DNA from: Octopus sinensis
Lineage: Eukaryota
Direction of reading: 5' to 3'
Assembly: GCF_006345805.1 (NCBI RefSeq)
Contig: NC_043005.1
Span: forward strand, 99,200,001 to 99,264,000
DNA: 64,000 bases
Position numbers and translations under genes: made by a program. The notes under the pieces were generated by a model that worked only from the letters and a program-made list of their open reading frames with translations, had not been told where the DNA came from and ran no database searches. This document shows, piece after piece, positions 62,381 through 64,000 of this stretch; positions within the stretch are counted from its first letter, which is position 1, and each line of letters opens with the position of its first letter.

Positions 62381-63583
62381 CAGATGTGTGTGCATGCCTA
62401 TTCATGAATTCTTACAAAACTATGCCAAGCTTTGGGGAAGGACGAAAGCATTACTGTTAGTAGCTCACCTCACCTATAAGTGGTGATGTTATCATTTGTG
62501 ATTGTGCCGCAAATGGTGGCAGTTTTCTGACATTTTCTGTCCACAAAAATAATCCACTATCTCTGCTTTTAGATTCACCATGGAATAAAAAAACTACTTC
62601 AGTTGATAAACAGATAAAGATTGGTTACAGAAAGTGTATCTGATAGTAAAAATCCTGCCTCAGCATTGACTTCTGTTTAAGCCAGGCTAGCATGGGAAGA
62701 GAGACGTTTAACCTCTTGCAGATGGGAAGTGGTACTGACCATATCGAAATACTGTTCACTCTGTGTGGTACCATGTTTTCAAATATACCACACTGAGAAG
62801 ACTCTGTAAATACTCTGTAAAATTCCTTATAAGGAAAATTATGTACTTACTGAATGGCCTAATACCAATACATAGCACAGACTGTCAGTATTAAATCCGT
62901 CTGCAAGGGGTTAATTAAGTGAACAATAAATCAAAAACGTATAGACTTCTATCAGAAAGGATTTTCACAGTTTTCATCAACCAAGTTTTCTTCACAAAGA
63001 TTTGCTCAGCTTGAGGCTATGATAGAAGACGATTAAGTTTCTGTTGAACAGAATTGAACCTGGAACCACGTGATTCCAACATAAAACTGTCTCAGGAAAG
63101 TTCTATGTTGGAACTGATTCAAAGTCAATAATACTGACTTGGTGTCTTGTCAAGAAGAATTTATTTGACCATATTCATGAATACTTGGCAGGCAAAGTGG
63201 CTAAAGAGAAGATATAACTGTTTAACTTTGCTTACATTATTAATACCTACTGAGAGCCTGGAATGTTTTTAATTTATGCATAGAGTTAGCCTTTTGATTA
63301 TAAAAATTGTTATTGTACAAAAAAATTTGTCACAAAAAGTTACATAAAAAAAATTTTGGAAAAATCACAGTAATGAAAACTTGGGAATCCAGAATTTCAG
63401 GATTGTGGATCTGGATTCAGCCCAGAACATTTTTATTTACTCACAGAGTCAGCCTGATTTCAAAATAGCATGATATGTGAGGCTACGGTTTCTAGGAGTA
63501 AAGTTGGAAAAGTGTGATACACTGACACACTGATATTCACATTTATCATATTATATTATATCATATTATTATATTATATTAGA

Positions 63584-63800
63584 GTGGCGAGCTGGCAGAA
63601 TTGTTAGCATGTCAGCTGAAATACTTAGTGGTATTTCATCTGCTGTTAAGTTTTGAGTTTGAATTCTGCCAAGGGCAACTTTGCCTTTCATCCTTTTGGG
63701 GTCGATAAAATTAGTACCAGTTTTGTACTGGGGTCGATGTAATTGACTTAATCACTTCTCCCAAAATTTGAGGCCTTGTACTTTCAGTAGAAAGGATTTA
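63584..63800 (+). mobile_element. tRNA-head SINE, family B
   Basis: GGCGAGCTGGCAGAATTGTTAGC...CATCCTTTTGGGGTCGATAAAATTAGTACCAG. Confidence 0.8.
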
Positions 63801-64000
63801 TTAAAGTTGCAAAAGTGTTCCCACTGCCACCATCAACACTAGTACTTTTCATAAAATATCATCAACTCTCCCTAAATTTCTTTCTCTCTCTTTCTCTCCC
63901 TCTCTCTCTCTCTCTTCACCACCACCCTCAGCGTCTCTATGCCTACTATTACTCTCATCCCATCATGAGGAATAGTAGGAGTTTCATTGAATAGTGAGAA

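Overview
AT-rich, repeat-dense animal genomic DNA with no intact multi-exon gene recognisable. The repeat families and microsatellite load look like an octopus (coleoid cephalopod) genome; this is inferred from the repeat landscape, not from a database search. Most listed ORFs are translated microsatellites or SINEs. Real coding remnants all belong to transposable elements: (1) three head-to-tail, 5'-truncated copies of one young Tx1/L1-clade LINE (15774-22750), each starting right after ...TATCTA and ending in GAAACA followed by (TATC)n, suggesting a (TATC)n/(GATA)n-targeting retrotransposon; (2) a Penelope-like GIY-YIG element forming a 2-kb inverted repeat (49804-51855); (3) RTE LINE 3' ends, one followed by a 2.2-kb higher-order tandem array of its 3'UTR; (4) decayed Tc1, CR1/L2 and MITE/Helentron-like elements. 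Reading both strands also shows six type I hammerhead-ribozyme folds in Penelope-like or (TA)n-embedded short repeats. They include dimer-type motifs with palindromic stem III, a U3-A8 covariant core, a U4C core with long stems, and a CUGUGGA core. A few weak candidate host exons and a four-site AP-1 cluster are also reported.
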